A stretch of 64,000 nt of DNA from Nitrospirota bacterium (lineage in GTDB: Bacteria > Nitrospirota > Thermodesulfovibrionia > Thermodesulfovibrionales > Dissulfurispiraceae). The stretch is from the NCBI GenBank assembly GCA_963710375.1, contig CAVPZX010000008.1:1-64000 (forward strand), read 5' to 3'. Position numbers and translations under genes: made by a program. Of this stretch, positions 36,074 to 47,229 are shown in pieces (position 1 is the stretch's first letter; each line of letters begins with the position of its first letter). The notes under the pieces are model-generated. The model was given only the letters and a program-made list of their open reading frames with translations. It was not told the origin of the DNA and made no database searches.

Positions 36074-37435
36074 CGCGCCCTTACCAGTAAGAACGATCCG
36101 GATCGTCCGAAGTAATATGACGAGATCAAGGGTCAGGCTCCTGTTCTTGATATAGTAGAAATCGTACATTAGCTTCTGACGTGCATCATCGATCGAATTG
36201 CCGTAGCGGTGATTGATCTGCGCCCATCCCGTGATCCCGGGCGAGACCATGTGGCGTTCAGAGTAATAAGGGATCGCTTTCACGTACTTCTCAACCAGGC
36301 TCACCGCCTCCGGCCGCGGCCCGATCAGACTCATATCTCCTTTTAACACATTGATCAGTTGGGGTACTTCGTCGATCCGCATTTTACGAATCAGTTTTCC
36401 AACCCGCGTTATACGATTATCTTTGTTGGTTGTCCAGTGGACATTGTTCTTGTCTGCATCCTCGATCATGGTCCTCAGTTTCCAGACGAGAAAAGGTTTG
36501 TTCCCCCTGCCGATCCGATACTGGGCATAAAATACCGGCCCCCCTGAATCGAGCTTGATCAGAAGAGCGACGAGGGGAAGCAGGGGCAGGGTCAGACATA
36601 AACCGGCGCTGGCGAGTGCAATATCTATCGAGCGCTTGGCATACCAGAAGTAGCGCTTACCTTTAAGGCTTAGTTCCAGGATGAACCAGTTGTCAGTCAA
36701 GTAATCAATAGGTACCTTGCCGGTAATCTCCTCTATCACGTTTATGAAATTGAAAACCCGGACCTTTATCTGCATGCATTGGAGCAGGAGGTTCATCAAA
36801 TCATCATCGATGGAAGCGGTTGCAACAATGACATGATCAACATCCCTCTGCTGGGCGATCGATACAAGGTCCTGTATGCTCCCGAGATGCGGCATCCTGT
36901 TCTTTGCATAGGTCCCCGGTCTATCAGACACATAGCCCACGACTTCGGCACGAAGATATACCCGTGAAGTTATAAGCTGTGCAACTTCTGTACTTCGTTT
37001 GCCATCGCCAACAATGAGGACCCGCCAAAGCGTGGACGAACGAATGTTCTTAGTGATGATATAACGAAAAAGGACAATAATGATGAAAGAAAAAAGATAA
37101 AAAAGAATAAATACAGCACGTGGCACCATCTCCCGGAAAAAAAAGAATGTGAATGTCAACAGAATTGAACTTAGCAAAAGGCCGAACCCTATGGTTGCTA
37201 TCTGATATAGAAACTGGAACGGCGTCTTGTGCAGGGTGTAAGCGTCGAGAATAAAAAAAAGTGTGACTGTGCCTGCCACAAGGATAGAAAAACCCCAGTG
37301 ATAGTTCCAGACGAGACTGAAAGTGAATGGAGCTTTGTGGCCGACAAGGACCGCGATGATGAAAGATACGAGCATCGCCGCGATATCGCTTATCAACAGC
37401 AATGCTCCCTTTTCTTTGATATATGTCTGCAGCAC
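36068..37435 (-). CDS. Undecaprenyl-phosphate sugar phosphotransferase (priming GT)
   Basis: N-terminal TMs, KLRTM, RIDEVPQLINVLKGDMSLIGPRPE, PGITGWAQIN. Confidence 0.93.
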   Translation of the reverse strand: MLQTYIKEKGALLLISDIAAMLVSFIIAVLVGHKAPFTFSLVWNYHWGFSILVAGTVTLFFILDAYTLHKTPFQFLYQIATIGFGLLLSSILLTFTFFFFREMVPRAVFILFYLFSFIIIVLFRYIITKNIRSSTLWRVLIVGDGKRSTEVAQLITSRVYLRAEVVGYVSDRPGTYAKNRMPHLGSIQDLVSIAQQRDVDHVIVATASIDDDLMNLLLQCMQIKVRVFNFINVIEEITGKVPIDYLTDNWFILELSLKGKRYFWYAKRSIDIALASAGLCLTLPLLPLVALLIKLDSGGPVFYAQYRIGRGNKPFLVWKLRTMIEDADKNNVHWTTNKDNRITRVGKLIRKMRIDEVPQLINVLKGDMSLIGPRPEAVSLVEKYVKAIPYYSERHMVSPGITGWAQINHRYGNSIDDARQKLMYDFYYIKNRSLTLDLVILLRTIRIVLTGKGAL

Positions 37436-38380
37436 TTAAGTAATATCTCCAGGTCTGTAGTGCTCACTGAACCATGCGTAGGTCATCGCAAGACCATCAC
37501 GGAAAACTATTGAATGGCGCCATCCGAGGGCCCGAATTTTAGTGACATCGAGTGGACGACGGGGGGTCCCATCAGGCTTGGTAGCGTCCCAAACGATTTC
37601 GCCTCCATAACCACTGATCTCTTTTATCAAAAGAGCAAGATCCCTAATGGAAATATCATCACCCGTGCCGACATTGATCAACTCCCTGCCATCATAATGT
37701 TCCATTAAAAACACAGCTGCATCCGCCGCATCGTCCGCATGAAGAAACTCCCTCATCGGGTTCCCTGTTCCCCACAGGGTAACGGATTTTGCACCTTTTA
37801 TCTTTGCCTCATGAAATTTATGTATTAACGCCGGGATAACATGAGAATTTTCAAGGTCAAAATTATCATAGGAACCATAGAGATTAGCAGGCATGCACGA
37901 AATCGCATTAAACCCGTATTGATCACGCATCGCCTCGCACAATTTTATTCCCGCGATCTTTGCGATTGCATAAGGTTCATTGGTAGGCTCGAGCGAACCG
38001 GTCAGCAAGTATTCCTCTTTGACAGGAACAGGCGCGAACTTTGGATAAATACATACGCTGCCCAGGAAAAGTAATTTCTTTACGCCACATCGAAAGGCTG
38101 AATTAATGACATTGTTCTGCACTTGCAGATTCTCGTAGATAAAGTCGGCGCGATACGTATTATTCGCATTTATACCTCCGACCTTAGCTGCTGCCAGAAA
38201 AACATAATCAGGCCGTTCCAGCTCAAAAAATACCTCGACATCAGCCTGCCGTATCAGATCAAGTTCTCCGTGTGTTCTGCCGATTATATTTTCATAACCG
38301 GACTTCCGGAGTTTTCTGACTATCGCGGAACCAACCAGTCCTTTATGCCCCGCAACATAAATCTTTGAATTCCTATTCAT
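37436..38380 (-). CDS. fcl: GDP-L-fucose synthase
   Basis: AGHKGLVGSAI, AAAKVGGI, EPTNEPYAIAKIAG. Start adjusted. Confidence 0.95.
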   Translation of the reverse strand: MNRNSKIYVAGHKGLVGSAIVRKLRKSGYENIIGRTHGELDLIRQADVEVFFELERPDYVFLAAAKVGGINANNTYRADFIYENLQVQNNVINSAFRCGVKKLLFLGSVCIYPKFAPVPVKEEYLLTGSLEPTNEPYAIAKIAGIKLCEAMRDQYGFNAISCMPANLYGSYDNFDLENSHVIPALIHKFHEAKIKGAKSVTLWGTGNPMREFLHADDAADAAVFLMEHYDGRELINVGTGDDISIRDLALLIKEISGYGGEIVWDATKPDGTPRRPLDVTKIRALGWRHSIVFRDGLAMTYAWFSEHYRPGDIT

Positions 38381-38405
38381 ACCTTCCGCCTTATTCAAAA
38401 TACCC

Positions 38406-39458
38406 TCATCTATTTGCTCTTTTCTCCATTTCAGCAAGCCTCATGTCCGCGTCAGCCATCATATTGACCAGGCCCTCAAAGTCGGTCTTTGTTTTCCATC
38501 CCAATTTTGTACAGGCCTTTGAAGCATCCCCAATCAGGAAATCCACCTCGGCAGGCCTGAAATACTTTGGGTCAACCTCAATAACAATTTTGCCTGTTTT
38601 TGAGTCAATCCCCTTTTCATGGACCCCGTTGCCTTTCCATTCCAGCGGCATATCGAGCCTCGCAAAAACCTTTTCAGCGAACTCCCTGACCGAATGGGTC
38701 TCGCCGGTGGCAATAACATAATCATCGGGCTCAAGCTGCTGGAGCATCAGCCACATGGCCTCCACGTAATCACCGGCAAACCCCCAGTCCCTTTTCGCAT
38801 CCAGGTTACCGAGATACAGGCTCGACTGGAGCCCCAACTTTATCCTGGCGGCTGCTCGGGTGATCTTCCTGGTGACAAATGTTTCTCCACGGCGCGGGGA
38901 TTCGTGATTAAAGAGAATTCCGTTACAAGCGAAAAGGCCGTAACTCTCTCTGTAATTGACGGTGATATAATGAGAATATGCCTTTGCGCAGGCGTATGGC
39001 GATCTTGGATGAAATGGGGTCGTTTCCTTCTGTGGTGTTTCAACTACCTTCCCGAACATTTCCGAGGAAGATGCTTGATAGAACTTTGCACTTAATTCAG
39101 CTTCCCTGATTGCCTCTAAAATCCTGGTGGTCCCCAGGGCAACAATTTCACCAGTATACTCCGGCACGTCAAAAGATACCCTTACATGGCTCTGTGCTCC
39201 CAGATTATATATCTCCTGGGGGTGCACATTCCTGAGGATTTTATTTATTGAACTGCCGTCATTGAGGTCGGCGTAGTGGAGGAAGAGTGGCAGGCCCGAT
39301 TCATGGATGTCGTGATACAGGTGATCAATCCTTGCTGTATTGAAGGATGAAGAGCGGCGGATGAGACCGTGTACTTCGTATCCTTTGTCCAGAAGCATTT
39401 CAGTCAGATATGAGCCGTCCTGGCCGGTGATGCCTGTGATCAAGGCACGTCTTTTCAA
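38406..39458 (-). CDS. gmd: GDP-mannose 4,6-dehydratase
   Basis: [38 protein letters not shown]. Confidence 0.97.
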   Translation of the reverse strand: MKRRALITGITGQDGSYLTEMLLDKGYEVHGLIRRSSSFNTARIDHLYHDIHESGLPLFLHYADLNDGSSINKILRNVHPQEIYNLGAQSHVRVSFDVPEYTGEIVALGTTRILEAIREAELSAKFYQASSSEMFGKVVETPQKETTPFHPRSPYACAKAYSHYITVNYRESYGLFACNGILFNHESPRRGETFVTRKITRAAARIKLGLQSSLYLGNLDAKRDWGFAGDYVEAMWLMLQQLEPDDYVIATGETHSVREFAEKVFARLDMPLEWKGNGVHEKGIDSKTGKIVIEVDPKYFRPAEVDFLIGDASKACTKLGWKTKTDFEGLVNMMADADMRLAEMEKRANR

Positions 39459-39595
39459 GTTGACACCTCCAAAATGCTTAAAAGTTCTCTTTCAAATATT
39501 TCCAGCACTGTTTTTTATCTAGTTTAAGGGAGAAGATAAAAGAGCAGTGTCTTTCGGTGACCTTTCCAGAAACTTGCAATATCCTCTTGTATTCC

Positions 39596-42007
39596 TCACT
39601 CTTTTTTGAATGTCAGCGCATCCAGCCTGTTGCGTGCATCGAGGTTAGCAGGGTCTATGAGCAGCACTTTTCTATATTCCTCTATTGCCCGGTACGTGAT
39701 CCCGAGCTGCTCATACAATGCTGCGCAGACCAATTGCATTTCCGTGTCATCCGGGAAGTGAACAAGTCCCTTCTGTATAATGTCAAGGGCAGTATCGTAA
39801 TCTTTCTGTCCCCTAAAGAAGTCGGAAATCGCGTAAACATATGATTTACTCGCAGACTTATCACTGTCTATGAAATTAAGGGCTTTGAGATAGGCCTGTT
39901 CAGCCAATGAGTCGTTGCCGGTCCGGTGAAGATACGATCCGAAAGTAATATACGGAAACATCCTTTGCGGCAGTGCCTTTTGTATTTCTTCGTCATTGTA
40001 ACCATTAAGCACCAGAAGCGTTATATACTCACGTGTTTGTTCAGGTACAAGGCTCATCGAGAGCGCTATATTCTTAAGCGCTTCTTCTCTTCTGCCTTGC
40101 GAAATCAGCCATACGGCATATGTCCTGTGTCGCAAAGCATTCCTGCTGTCATACTCGGTTCCCAGACGAAGCAGACGCTCAGCCTTATCGAAATCCGAGC
40201 GGGCTGCATATGCAAACCCGAGGTCCTGCAAATATCCGCCGTTCATACAATCCTGCTCAAGTGCCTTTGTATAATAGCGGAGCGCACCGTCGTTGTTCGA
40301 CAGCAGCACCTCCATTTTACCGACAGCATCCCGGTATCGCGCATCAAAAGGGTCACATAGAGATGCCCAGTAAGCCCTTTTCTTTATCTTGAGCAATTCA
40401 TTCCGAGTATGTTGTTCATCGAGACTGAAGCTCTTAACTCCGGAGAACAAGATTTCAGCAGCCAATGCGCCTATATTTACGGTTGTTATTACTATCAATA
40501 GCACAACAGCTGCTCTGCGCAGTTTTGACAACGGGAAGGGTTGTATTGTCTCGAGATAAGTTGAATTGAGCTTCTCCCGCATCCGGGTATGCGTCGCCGA
40601 GACGAGTAAGCCGCAGAGAAAAAAGAAATAGAGCCCGTTTGAACCTATATGGAGGTTAAAATCAACAACGCTGTGAATCATGATTGCGAGCAATCCGGCA
40701 GCGCTTCCGATAGAGAGATATATAGAATAGGATTCTTTTCGCTGCAGAAAGGTTTTGTATGAACGATAGAGCACGGAGCAGAGGAACCATCCGGCAAGCA
40801 AAAAGGCAATTATACCCCCCTCAGTCAAAAGCTCAATATAGTCGTTTTCGGCATGGTCGGCAGTAAGTTCCCCGGGGAATGTCCGGTATCTTTGATAGCT
40901 GCTGACAAACGTCCCGAACCCTGTTCCGGTCAGAGGGAAATCCCGTATCAAGCGCGTGCTGTCGTTCCATAGTGTAGGCTTGATTTCAGTAATATTACCT
41001 TGGACATCCCTAATGTTCTCAAAACGCTGCACAATAGGTTCCCACCCTAACCAGGTCACAACGAGGAACAAAGTTATAAAGAATGCGATAATAAACATTC
41101 CATTTTTATAGCGCCCCTTTTTCCGGGCAACCATTAAACTGAAAAAGATCATCGAAAGGCAGAGGCTTACTACACCGCCGCGCGACAGGGATAGGAAAAC
41201 CGAGGCCGCAACAAGTATTGAAAAAAATCCAATAAGTATGTGGCGGTCCGTATCTTTACTGGTAAAGATATTCAAAAGACGCTCACGAAACGAACGGTAT
41301 TTGACCTTCGGTTTGAAATAGACAAAAATGCTCAGTATAATGGGTAGGACCATTTCCATGAAACCCGCATAGTGGTTTTTGTTCACAAAAGGACCAAATG
41401 GGTGGCCCCCCTGCGTTAGATTTCTGATCCAGTAAAGTTTACCGTTATAAAAAAGATACTGGAAAATTCCCAGAAGGGCGAGTCCGGATGAGAACGTGAT
41501 GACCACTTTCACTGTTTTCCTGAGAAGCTCTTTTCCGGCAAGCAGCTGCACCGTAACAATATAAAAAGAGAGATATGCTGTAAACCTGAACCATTCCAGC
41601 ATAGTCGCTTTTTTATTGATCGAAAGTGTCATCCAATTCACGGGTTCGACACTCCCTATAGTTTCGGCATAAACTTTATAAGTATTGGGAGAAATAATGT
41701 GCACTATCCCAGCCGGCAGGGGAATAAGCTGTATAATGCAATATGACCAGAGGGCAAACAATGGGATGATCCCCGGGACCTTGTAGAAAAACTGCAGGCC
41801 TTCGTTACGCTCCCTGCACAATAAAAAAAGCGCCCACAGAGAACACCCCTCCATAACGGTCAACGACCATTGCTCCACTGTCCCAAAGGCAAGCGGAGAA
41901 AAGATCAGTAGAAAAATAAAAAATGCGTAACTCTTAGGGCTTGCGAATAAATAACTTGTACCTTGATGCATCTCAGCTTCGGGGATCAGCTTTGCCCGAT
42001 CCTCCAT
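39596..42007 (-). CDS. O-antigen ligase/Wzy_C family membrane protein with C-terminal TPRs; N-terminus MITE-derived
   Basis: FVNKNHYAGF, SLSRGG, GTGFGTF, HAENDY, HSVVDFNLH, TPR tail. Confidence 0.88.
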   Translation of the reverse strand: MEDRAKLIPEAEMHQGTSYLFASPKSYAFFIFLLIFSPLAFGTVEQWSLTVMEGCSLWALFLLCRERNEGLQFFYKVPGIIPLFALWSYCIIQLIPLPAGIVHIISPNTYKVYAETIGSVEPVNWMTLSINKKATMLEWFRFTAYLSFYIVTVQLLAGKELLRKTVKVVITFSSGLALLGIFQYLFYNGKLYWIRNLTQGGHPFGPFVNKNHYAGFMEMVLPIILSIFVYFKPKVKYRSFRERLLNIFTSKDTDRHILIGFFSILVAASVFLSLSRGGVVSLCLSMIFFSLMVARKKGRYKNGMFIIAFFITLFLVVTWLGWEPIVQRFENIRDVQGNITEIKPTLWNDSTRLIRDFPLTGTGFGTFVSSYQRYRTFPGELTADHAENDYIELLTEGGIIAFLLAGWFLCSVLYRSYKTFLQRKESYSIYLSIGSAAGLLAIMIHSVVDFNLHIGSNGLYFFFLCGLLVSATHTRMREKLNSTYLETIQPFPLSKLRRAAVVLLIVITTVNIGALAAEILFSGVKSFSLDEQHTRNELLKIKKRAYWASLCDPFDARYRDAVGKMEVLLSNNDGALRYYTKALEQDCMNGGYLQDLGFAYAARSDFDKAERLLRLGTEYDSRNALRHRTYAVWLISQGRREEALKNIALSMSLVPEQTREYITLLVLNGYNDEEIQKALPQRMFPYITFGSYLHRTGNDSLAEQAYLKALNFIDSDKSASKSYVYAISDFFRGQKDYDTALDIIQKGLVHFPDDTEMQLVCAALYEQLGITYRAIEEYRKVLLIDPANLDARNRLDALTFKKE

Positions 42008-42118
42008 CACAAAATCCTCAACGTAGCTCTGCTACGCCTCCGGTTTTGCTCAATCGGATCAGCCAAAGCTGACCCAAATCTGAGCGCCTTAATGCACAAC
42101 TTATTTATTCGCAAGCCC
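41937..42118. mobile_element. MITE family A copy 5 (182 bp)
   Basis: GGGCTTGCGAATAAATAA...TTATTTATTCGCAAGCCC, flanked by TTA on both sides. Confidence 0.9.
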
Positions 42119-42826
42119 TTAGACGGCATGAAGCTCCAGTCCTGTTATCACTGCTTCGGGATTTGCGACCACCAGTTGCAATGCACGCTCCCTGCCGATG
42201 ATCTCTTCTGCAATCTTCACACCTTTGGAGAGGATAGGAGGCCTCCATCCGCAGGAATGGGCATCAGTTGCGATACACCCTACTACACCCCTGCGTAAGA
42301 GATATAAAGCGCATTCCCTGACATCGGGTCCGAATTCTCCGGTCAGACTTTCCGCGGTGATCTGCACAGTGACGTTAGCATACAGCAGCTCAAACAAGAA
42401 CTCCGGATTTTTTATTACTGATGCATTGCGCTCAGGATGGGTGATAATAGGAAGCAATCCTTGAAGGCTTATATTAAAGAGAATGTCTTTTGCGTTTTGA
42501 GGAATGTGAGTATGCGGAAATTCGATGAGAATGTAGTTAGTTTCACCAATAGTGTAGTCTTTTATCAGTGAGGGATTGAGGAAGGCATTAACATCAGCAC
42601 CAGGGAGGACCTTCACCGGAATGTCCAAAGCTTGAAGATGCCTGTTCAAGTCGGCCACTCCTTTTTTGATAGCCGATACGGGATGCACGGTGTCCTTTAC
42701 ATGCGGGGTCGCTACTATGGTGGTTATCCCGTCTTCAGCGGCAATCCGTGCCATTTGTATTGACTCCCCTATGCCGGATGGTCCGTCGTCAATCCCGGGA
42801 AGTATGTGACAATGTATATCGATCAC
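42119..42826 (-). CDS. PHP-family tyrosine phosphatase (CpsB/CapC)
   Basis: MIDIHCHILPGIDDG, ATPH, HPERN, TDAH. Confidence 0.93.
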   Translation of the reverse strand: MIDIHCHILPGIDDGPSGIGESIQMARIAAEDGITTIVATPHVKDTVHPVSAIKKGVADLNRHLQALDIPVKVLPGADVNAFLNPSLIKDYTIGETNYILIEFPHTHIPQNAKDILFNISLQGLLPIITHPERNASVIKNPEFLFELLYANVTVQITAESLTGEFGPDVRECALYLLRRGVVGCIATDAHSCGWRPPILSKGVKIAEEIIGRERALQLVVANPEAVITGLELHAV

Positions 42827-44982
42827 TGCTTCAGGCTGCTGCTCTCTTCCTGTGACGAATAATAGTAACGATGATAACGCTGATAGTAATAGGCATTTTT
42901 CTTTATATCAAGCGCGTTGATCACAAGTCCGAGTACATGCGCTTTCAGGTCTGTAAGGGATTTTAGCCCCTCTCTCACTTCATCGTACGTCACCTTGCCG
43001 GCGCGCGCGACAATGATAGTGCCGTCAAGCATCTTGCTAAGGATAAGAGCGTCAACTACGGTGAGAACCGGAGGGGAATCGCAGATGATGACATCGTATT
43101 TGCCGGCCACTTCAGTAAGCATCTCATTCATCCTGCTCGAACTAAGGAGTTCTGTGGGATTAGGCGGCAGAGGACCTGAAGTGAGAATACTGAGGTTAGG
43201 AAGCGGTCCCTCCTGGATAATGCTAAAATCCGATGCCCCGGCCAGGTAAGTGGAAAGGCCCTTTGCATTATTCAATCCGAAGATTTTATGGATACGCGGC
43301 TTCCTTAGGTCGGCATCTATCATTAGGACCGTGTATTCAGCCTGTGCAATAGCCATTGCGAGATTAACTGCCGTGGCAGTCTTGCCTTCTTCAGGACTCA
43401 TACTGGTAATAAGGATTGTTTTGGGAGGCTTTTCTGCGGATGAAAGGAGCATGGCCGTCCTTATACCTTTATAGCTCTCGGTAATGATCGAGGACGGCTC
43501 GCTCAGCACAATCCCCTCGATGGGGTTTGCCACAGAGGAATTCAACGATATCAACCCGAAAACAGGGATACCCAACTTTGTCTCCGCCTCTTCAGGAGAT
43601 TTAACCGTATTGTCAAGATAATCTACAAAGAAGGCCATGCCCACGCCTCCTAACAAACCGCCAATGAACCCCAGGAAAATGTTAAACATCTTGCGCGGTT
43701 TGGCAGGCGACTTAGGCGCTTCAGCCTTTTCAACTACCAGAACATTTACCGTCTGGACCCTTTCGGTGATGCTCTCTTCCTTGATTTTTTTCATCAGGGC
43801 CTCATAAAGCTGCCTGTTCGTCTCCAACTCTCTGTTAAGGGTGCTATATTCCACAAATTTTTCATTGGAGATCTGGGCTTCAGACTTCGCCTCCCCCAAA
43901 AACCGGTTGAGCGTTGCCACACTTGACGCTGCCAGATCGTAATCATTCTTTACGGAGTCAATGATCCTTAATATCTCAGTCTCTCTCTTCGCCTTGAGTA
44001 TTTTAAGATCTTCCAGTGCACGGATCATGGCCGGATGCTTACTGCCATATTTCTGAGAGAGTGCATTGATATTCTGCTCACTCAGGAGCACCTGCTGGTT
44101 CAGTGCCTGCAGGAAAGGATCTGAAGCGATGACCGACATGGATTCCGCCTTTTCCAGATTCTTCGATACATCCTTCACCTTGTTGTACAGGGTTTCGAGC
44201 TGCTTCTTTTTCGTCTCAGCCAGTACCAACTGCGTGTTCAACTCATAAAGCTTCTGGGGCACTATTGCAGAAGCCTTGTCTTCGAGTGTTACGATATTTC
44301 GGTTCTTCACATATTCCTGAAGCGCCTTCTCTGAACGGTCCAGCCTGTCGCGTTCGTCCTCGGCTTTTTTAGTCATCCACTCAATAGCATAACGGGTGGA
44401 GCTCGTGTTTAATTCAAGGAGTTCTTCGATGTATGCACGAGCCAACGTGTTAGTAATAGTGCTGGCAAACCCGGGATCGGAAGAAGAAAACCGAATCTCT
44501 ACTATCTTGCTGTTCTTGACCGGCCTGACCTCTATATTGCCGGAGATAGCCTTTGCTATCCTATCCACCTTGGCTTGAGCGGCATCCTCAACGGAAACGG
44601 CTATCTGCTGTTGTGATGAAAAAAGTGTCCTAAACCAATTGGCTATTTCACCGAAAAAAGAAAACCCCGGCCTCTTTGCAGGATCGTACCCTTTATCCAG
44701 ATTGAGCAACTCCACCACTTTACGGGAAACCGCCGTACTCTTTATGAGCTCGTATTGTGTTTCGTAAAATGAAGGATCATATGGAGCAAAAGAAGCATTA
44801 GTCAGGTACCGTGACTCCTCTTTTTCAATAAGTATTTTTGTACTGGCCACATAGATAGACTTAGTTGTGAGAGTCCCGATAGCTACAGTAAGAAAAACAA
44901 TGACAAAAAAGGTAATAACGGTCTGTCTTCTCTTCTGCAAGACTTTAACATAGTCGCGTAAATGAATCTCTTTCTCTTGCAT
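42823..44982 (-). CDS. wzc: Polysaccharide co-polymerase / BY tyrosine autokinase
   Basis: Two TMs, Walker A PEEGKT, DADLRKP, DSPP, Tyr-rich C-terminal tail. Confidence 0.93.
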   Translation of the reverse strand: MQEKEIHLRDYVKVLQKRRQTVITFFVIVFLTVAIGTLTTKSIYVASTKILIEKEESRYLTNASFAPYDPSFYETQYELIKSTAVSRKVVELLNLDKGYDPAKRPGFSFFGEIANWFRTLFSSQQQIAVSVEDAAQAKVDRIAKAISGNIEVRPVKNSKIVEIRFSSSDPGFASTITNTLARAYIEELLELNTSSTRYAIEWMTKKAEDERDRLDRSEKALQEYVKNRNIVTLEDKASAIVPQKLYELNTQLVLAETKKKQLETLYNKVKDVSKNLEKAESMSVIASDPFLQALNQQVLLSEQNINALSQKYGSKHPAMIRALEDLKILKAKRETEILRIIDSVKNDYDLAASSVATLNRFLGEAKSEAQISNEKFVEYSTLNRELETNRQLYEALMKKIKEESITERVQTVNVLVVEKAEAPKSPAKPRKMFNIFLGFIGGLLGGVGMAFFVDYLDNTVKSPEEAETKLGIPVFGLISLNSSVANPIEGIVLSEPSSIITESYKGIRTAMLLSSAEKPPKTILITSMSPEEGKTATAVNLAMAIAQAEYTVLMIDADLRKPRIHKIFGLNNAKGLSTYLAGASDFSIIQEGPLPNLSILTSGPLPPNPTELLSSSRMNEMLTEVAGKYDVIICDSPPVLTVVDALILSKMLDGTIIVARAGKVTYDEVREGLKSLTDLKAHVLGLVINALDIKKNAYYYQRYHRYYYSSQEESSSLKQ

Positions 44983-44997
44983 AAAATCTCCTGTCCG

Positions 44998-45795
44998 TTA
45001 AAAGAAACTTTCGGGCACTACGATTATATCATCAGGCAGTATAGTCTCGTCCATCTTGACCCTTTCCAGCTTTTCTTCCTTGCCATTGATCTTTCTGATT
45101 ATTCTGACCCTTGACGGCGATGCCTTATCAGTAAATCCCCCTGCAATTGTAATCGCCTTGATCACTGTGGTGCCATCTTCCAATTTATACGCATCAGGCT
45201 TTCTTACCTCGCCATTGAGATAATAAAGTGCCGCTTTGACAACAAAGATGCTGTCGCCGTCAATAATCGGGATGTCTTGGGAAGTATCGCCATGCTCGAT
45301 AAGCCGCTTCAGGTCGATGGTAATTATGGTTTCTTTTTTATCCGGTGAGACGGGCTTCCTTTTAATGATTGCCTTATCTCCTGCGTCTTTGGCCAGATCG
45401 CCGGCATTTGAGAGTACCTGCAGAAGTGTTGTATAGCCATTAAGCTCATACAGACCCGGCCTGTTCACCTGTCCGATGACAGTCACCTTCTGGCTTCTGA
45501 ACTCTTCAATGAATATAGTAACCTGGGGTGAGACAAGATAACCGTCTGACAGCAGTGACGCTATCTTTTCAGACACCTGCGAGATGGTAAGGCCTGCAAC
45601 CTTTACTTGCCCGATTAGGGGGAAAAGGATTGTTCCATTGCCGCCTATTCTTACGAGTGTAGTCAGATCAGGTTGATCATAGATCGTGATTCGTAAAACA
45701 TCACCTTCTCCCACGATATAGTCCTGTGCGGCAAACACACAAAAGCTGCTGCAAAGGACTATGAGCTGCGCTATAATAATTAAATACTTTTTCAT
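44998..45795 (-). CDS. wza: Polysaccharide export protein (Poly_export + SLBB domains)
   Basis: GDVLRITIY, FPLIGQVKVAGLT, GQVNRPGLY. Confidence 0.88.
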   Translation of the reverse strand: MKKYLIIIAQLIVLCSSFCVFAAQDYIVGEGDVLRITIYDQPDLTTLVRIGGNGTILFPLIGQVKVAGLTISQVSEKIASLLSDGYLVSPQVTIFIEEFRSQKVTVIGQVNRPGLYELNGYTTLLQVLSNAGDLAKDAGDKAIIKRKPVSPDKKETIITIDLKRLIEHGDTSQDIPIIDGDSIFVVKAALYYLNGEVRKPDAYKLEDGTTVIKAITIAGGFTDKASPSRVRIIRKINGKEEKLERVKMDETILPDDIIVVPESFF

Positions 45796-45902
45796 TGATA
45801 GTTATTTGGCTTTTTTAAGTTTGAGGAGCGGAAAAAACATGAACCTCGCAACCTGACACCTTTAAACGATTCGGATAAAAAATATCCACCTATGGCAAAA
45901 CG

Positions 45903-47217
45903 CTAAAAACCTCCCGTAATATTAAAAGTTACCATGTTGCTGTCAAAGCCATACGCCGAGAAATTCGAGTTTTTCTTCGTATAGACATACCCGAGTTGAG
46001 TACTTAACCACTTCCTGAAAGCATAAACTAACGCAACGCCGCCACTGTAATATCCGTCTTCCCTATTCTTGGTTTCGCTTCCGACAGTGACAGCGCCCCC
46101 CTTGTACTGGTCATCAGTAAACGCAGCATTTAGGCTACCCGTTAATTTATCAGTAAATTTATGATTAAACTGTGCACTGGCAGAGGCTGGAAAGGACATA
46201 CCCAGTCCCGATAATATCGGTCTCCTCGGTTTTTCGTGAAATAACAAGACCTATAGAAGATTTCGGGGTAAATACATATTGTATCTGCGATTCAATAGTC
46301 ATATCACCCGCATTGCTCACATTAGAACTTGTAAAGTTTTTTATTTGGTAACCCAGTTTTACCATGATCATCGTTTTTGCCGATACTGCCTTCAGGAACC
46401 CCATAAACACACGATCTTCCTCACTGCCCGGAAGAATATTTTTATCATACCTTACATTAGCAAAATCATACTCGCCAAATAACTCGGTCCTCGATGCGAT
46501 TTTATAAAAAACATATCCTGATGCGGAGTTATCGGTGCGGTTTCTATAAATGTTGTTAGTCAACAAATAGTGAACAGGATAGTTTGAATAGTCGGCCCTA
46601 ACCGCAAAACTATCGTTCACCTCATAGCTCAAAAGAGTATTAAAGGAATTCGTTTCATATTTATCAAGAGTTGCCGAGGCCCCGATACCCTGTATAGTGT
46701 GATATTTCAAATATTGCTCCGTCACATTAAGCAGCAACCCTCCGGGGAAGATGCACTGAAACATCCCCTCGACTTTTTGGTTATCCGAATCTTCAGACGT
46801 GTACTTCGCATACCTCTCAAAATCTCCTCTGTATAAGATATAACCCTGAAAGTTGCGCTGACCAGCTGAGACAAACCTGGTCAATGGTAAACCACCGGGG
46901 CTGACGTACGATGTCGAGACAGTATATGCCTGCTCGACCAGGCCCGGCAGGGCCACCCATATGCCGGGAGAAATAACCGTATCGAAATCCGGCTTCTTGT
47001 TGGTATTGGTGGCCGAAGGATTATCATTGTAAGTTTCCGAAAGGGAAAGGGACGGGTGAATATACCCCCCCAAAGATTCAAGAACATTAGACGTTGTCGG
47101 TCTGACTCCTATCGGCATTTCTTCGACTGCGACAGATGCGGCATATAGCACGGCAGGCATAAGGGTATATGCAACCGCAAGTAACAGAAACAACTTGGCT
47201 GCTCCCGGCATTTTCAC
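45903..47217 (-). CDS. EPS-associated outer-membrane beta-barrel, apparent frameshift near 46186
   Basis: Signal peptide and YNDN barrel start. A shifted frame continues SASAQFNHKF... to a C-terminal Phe. Confidence 0.75.
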
Positions 47218-47229
47218 CTACGTTATACT

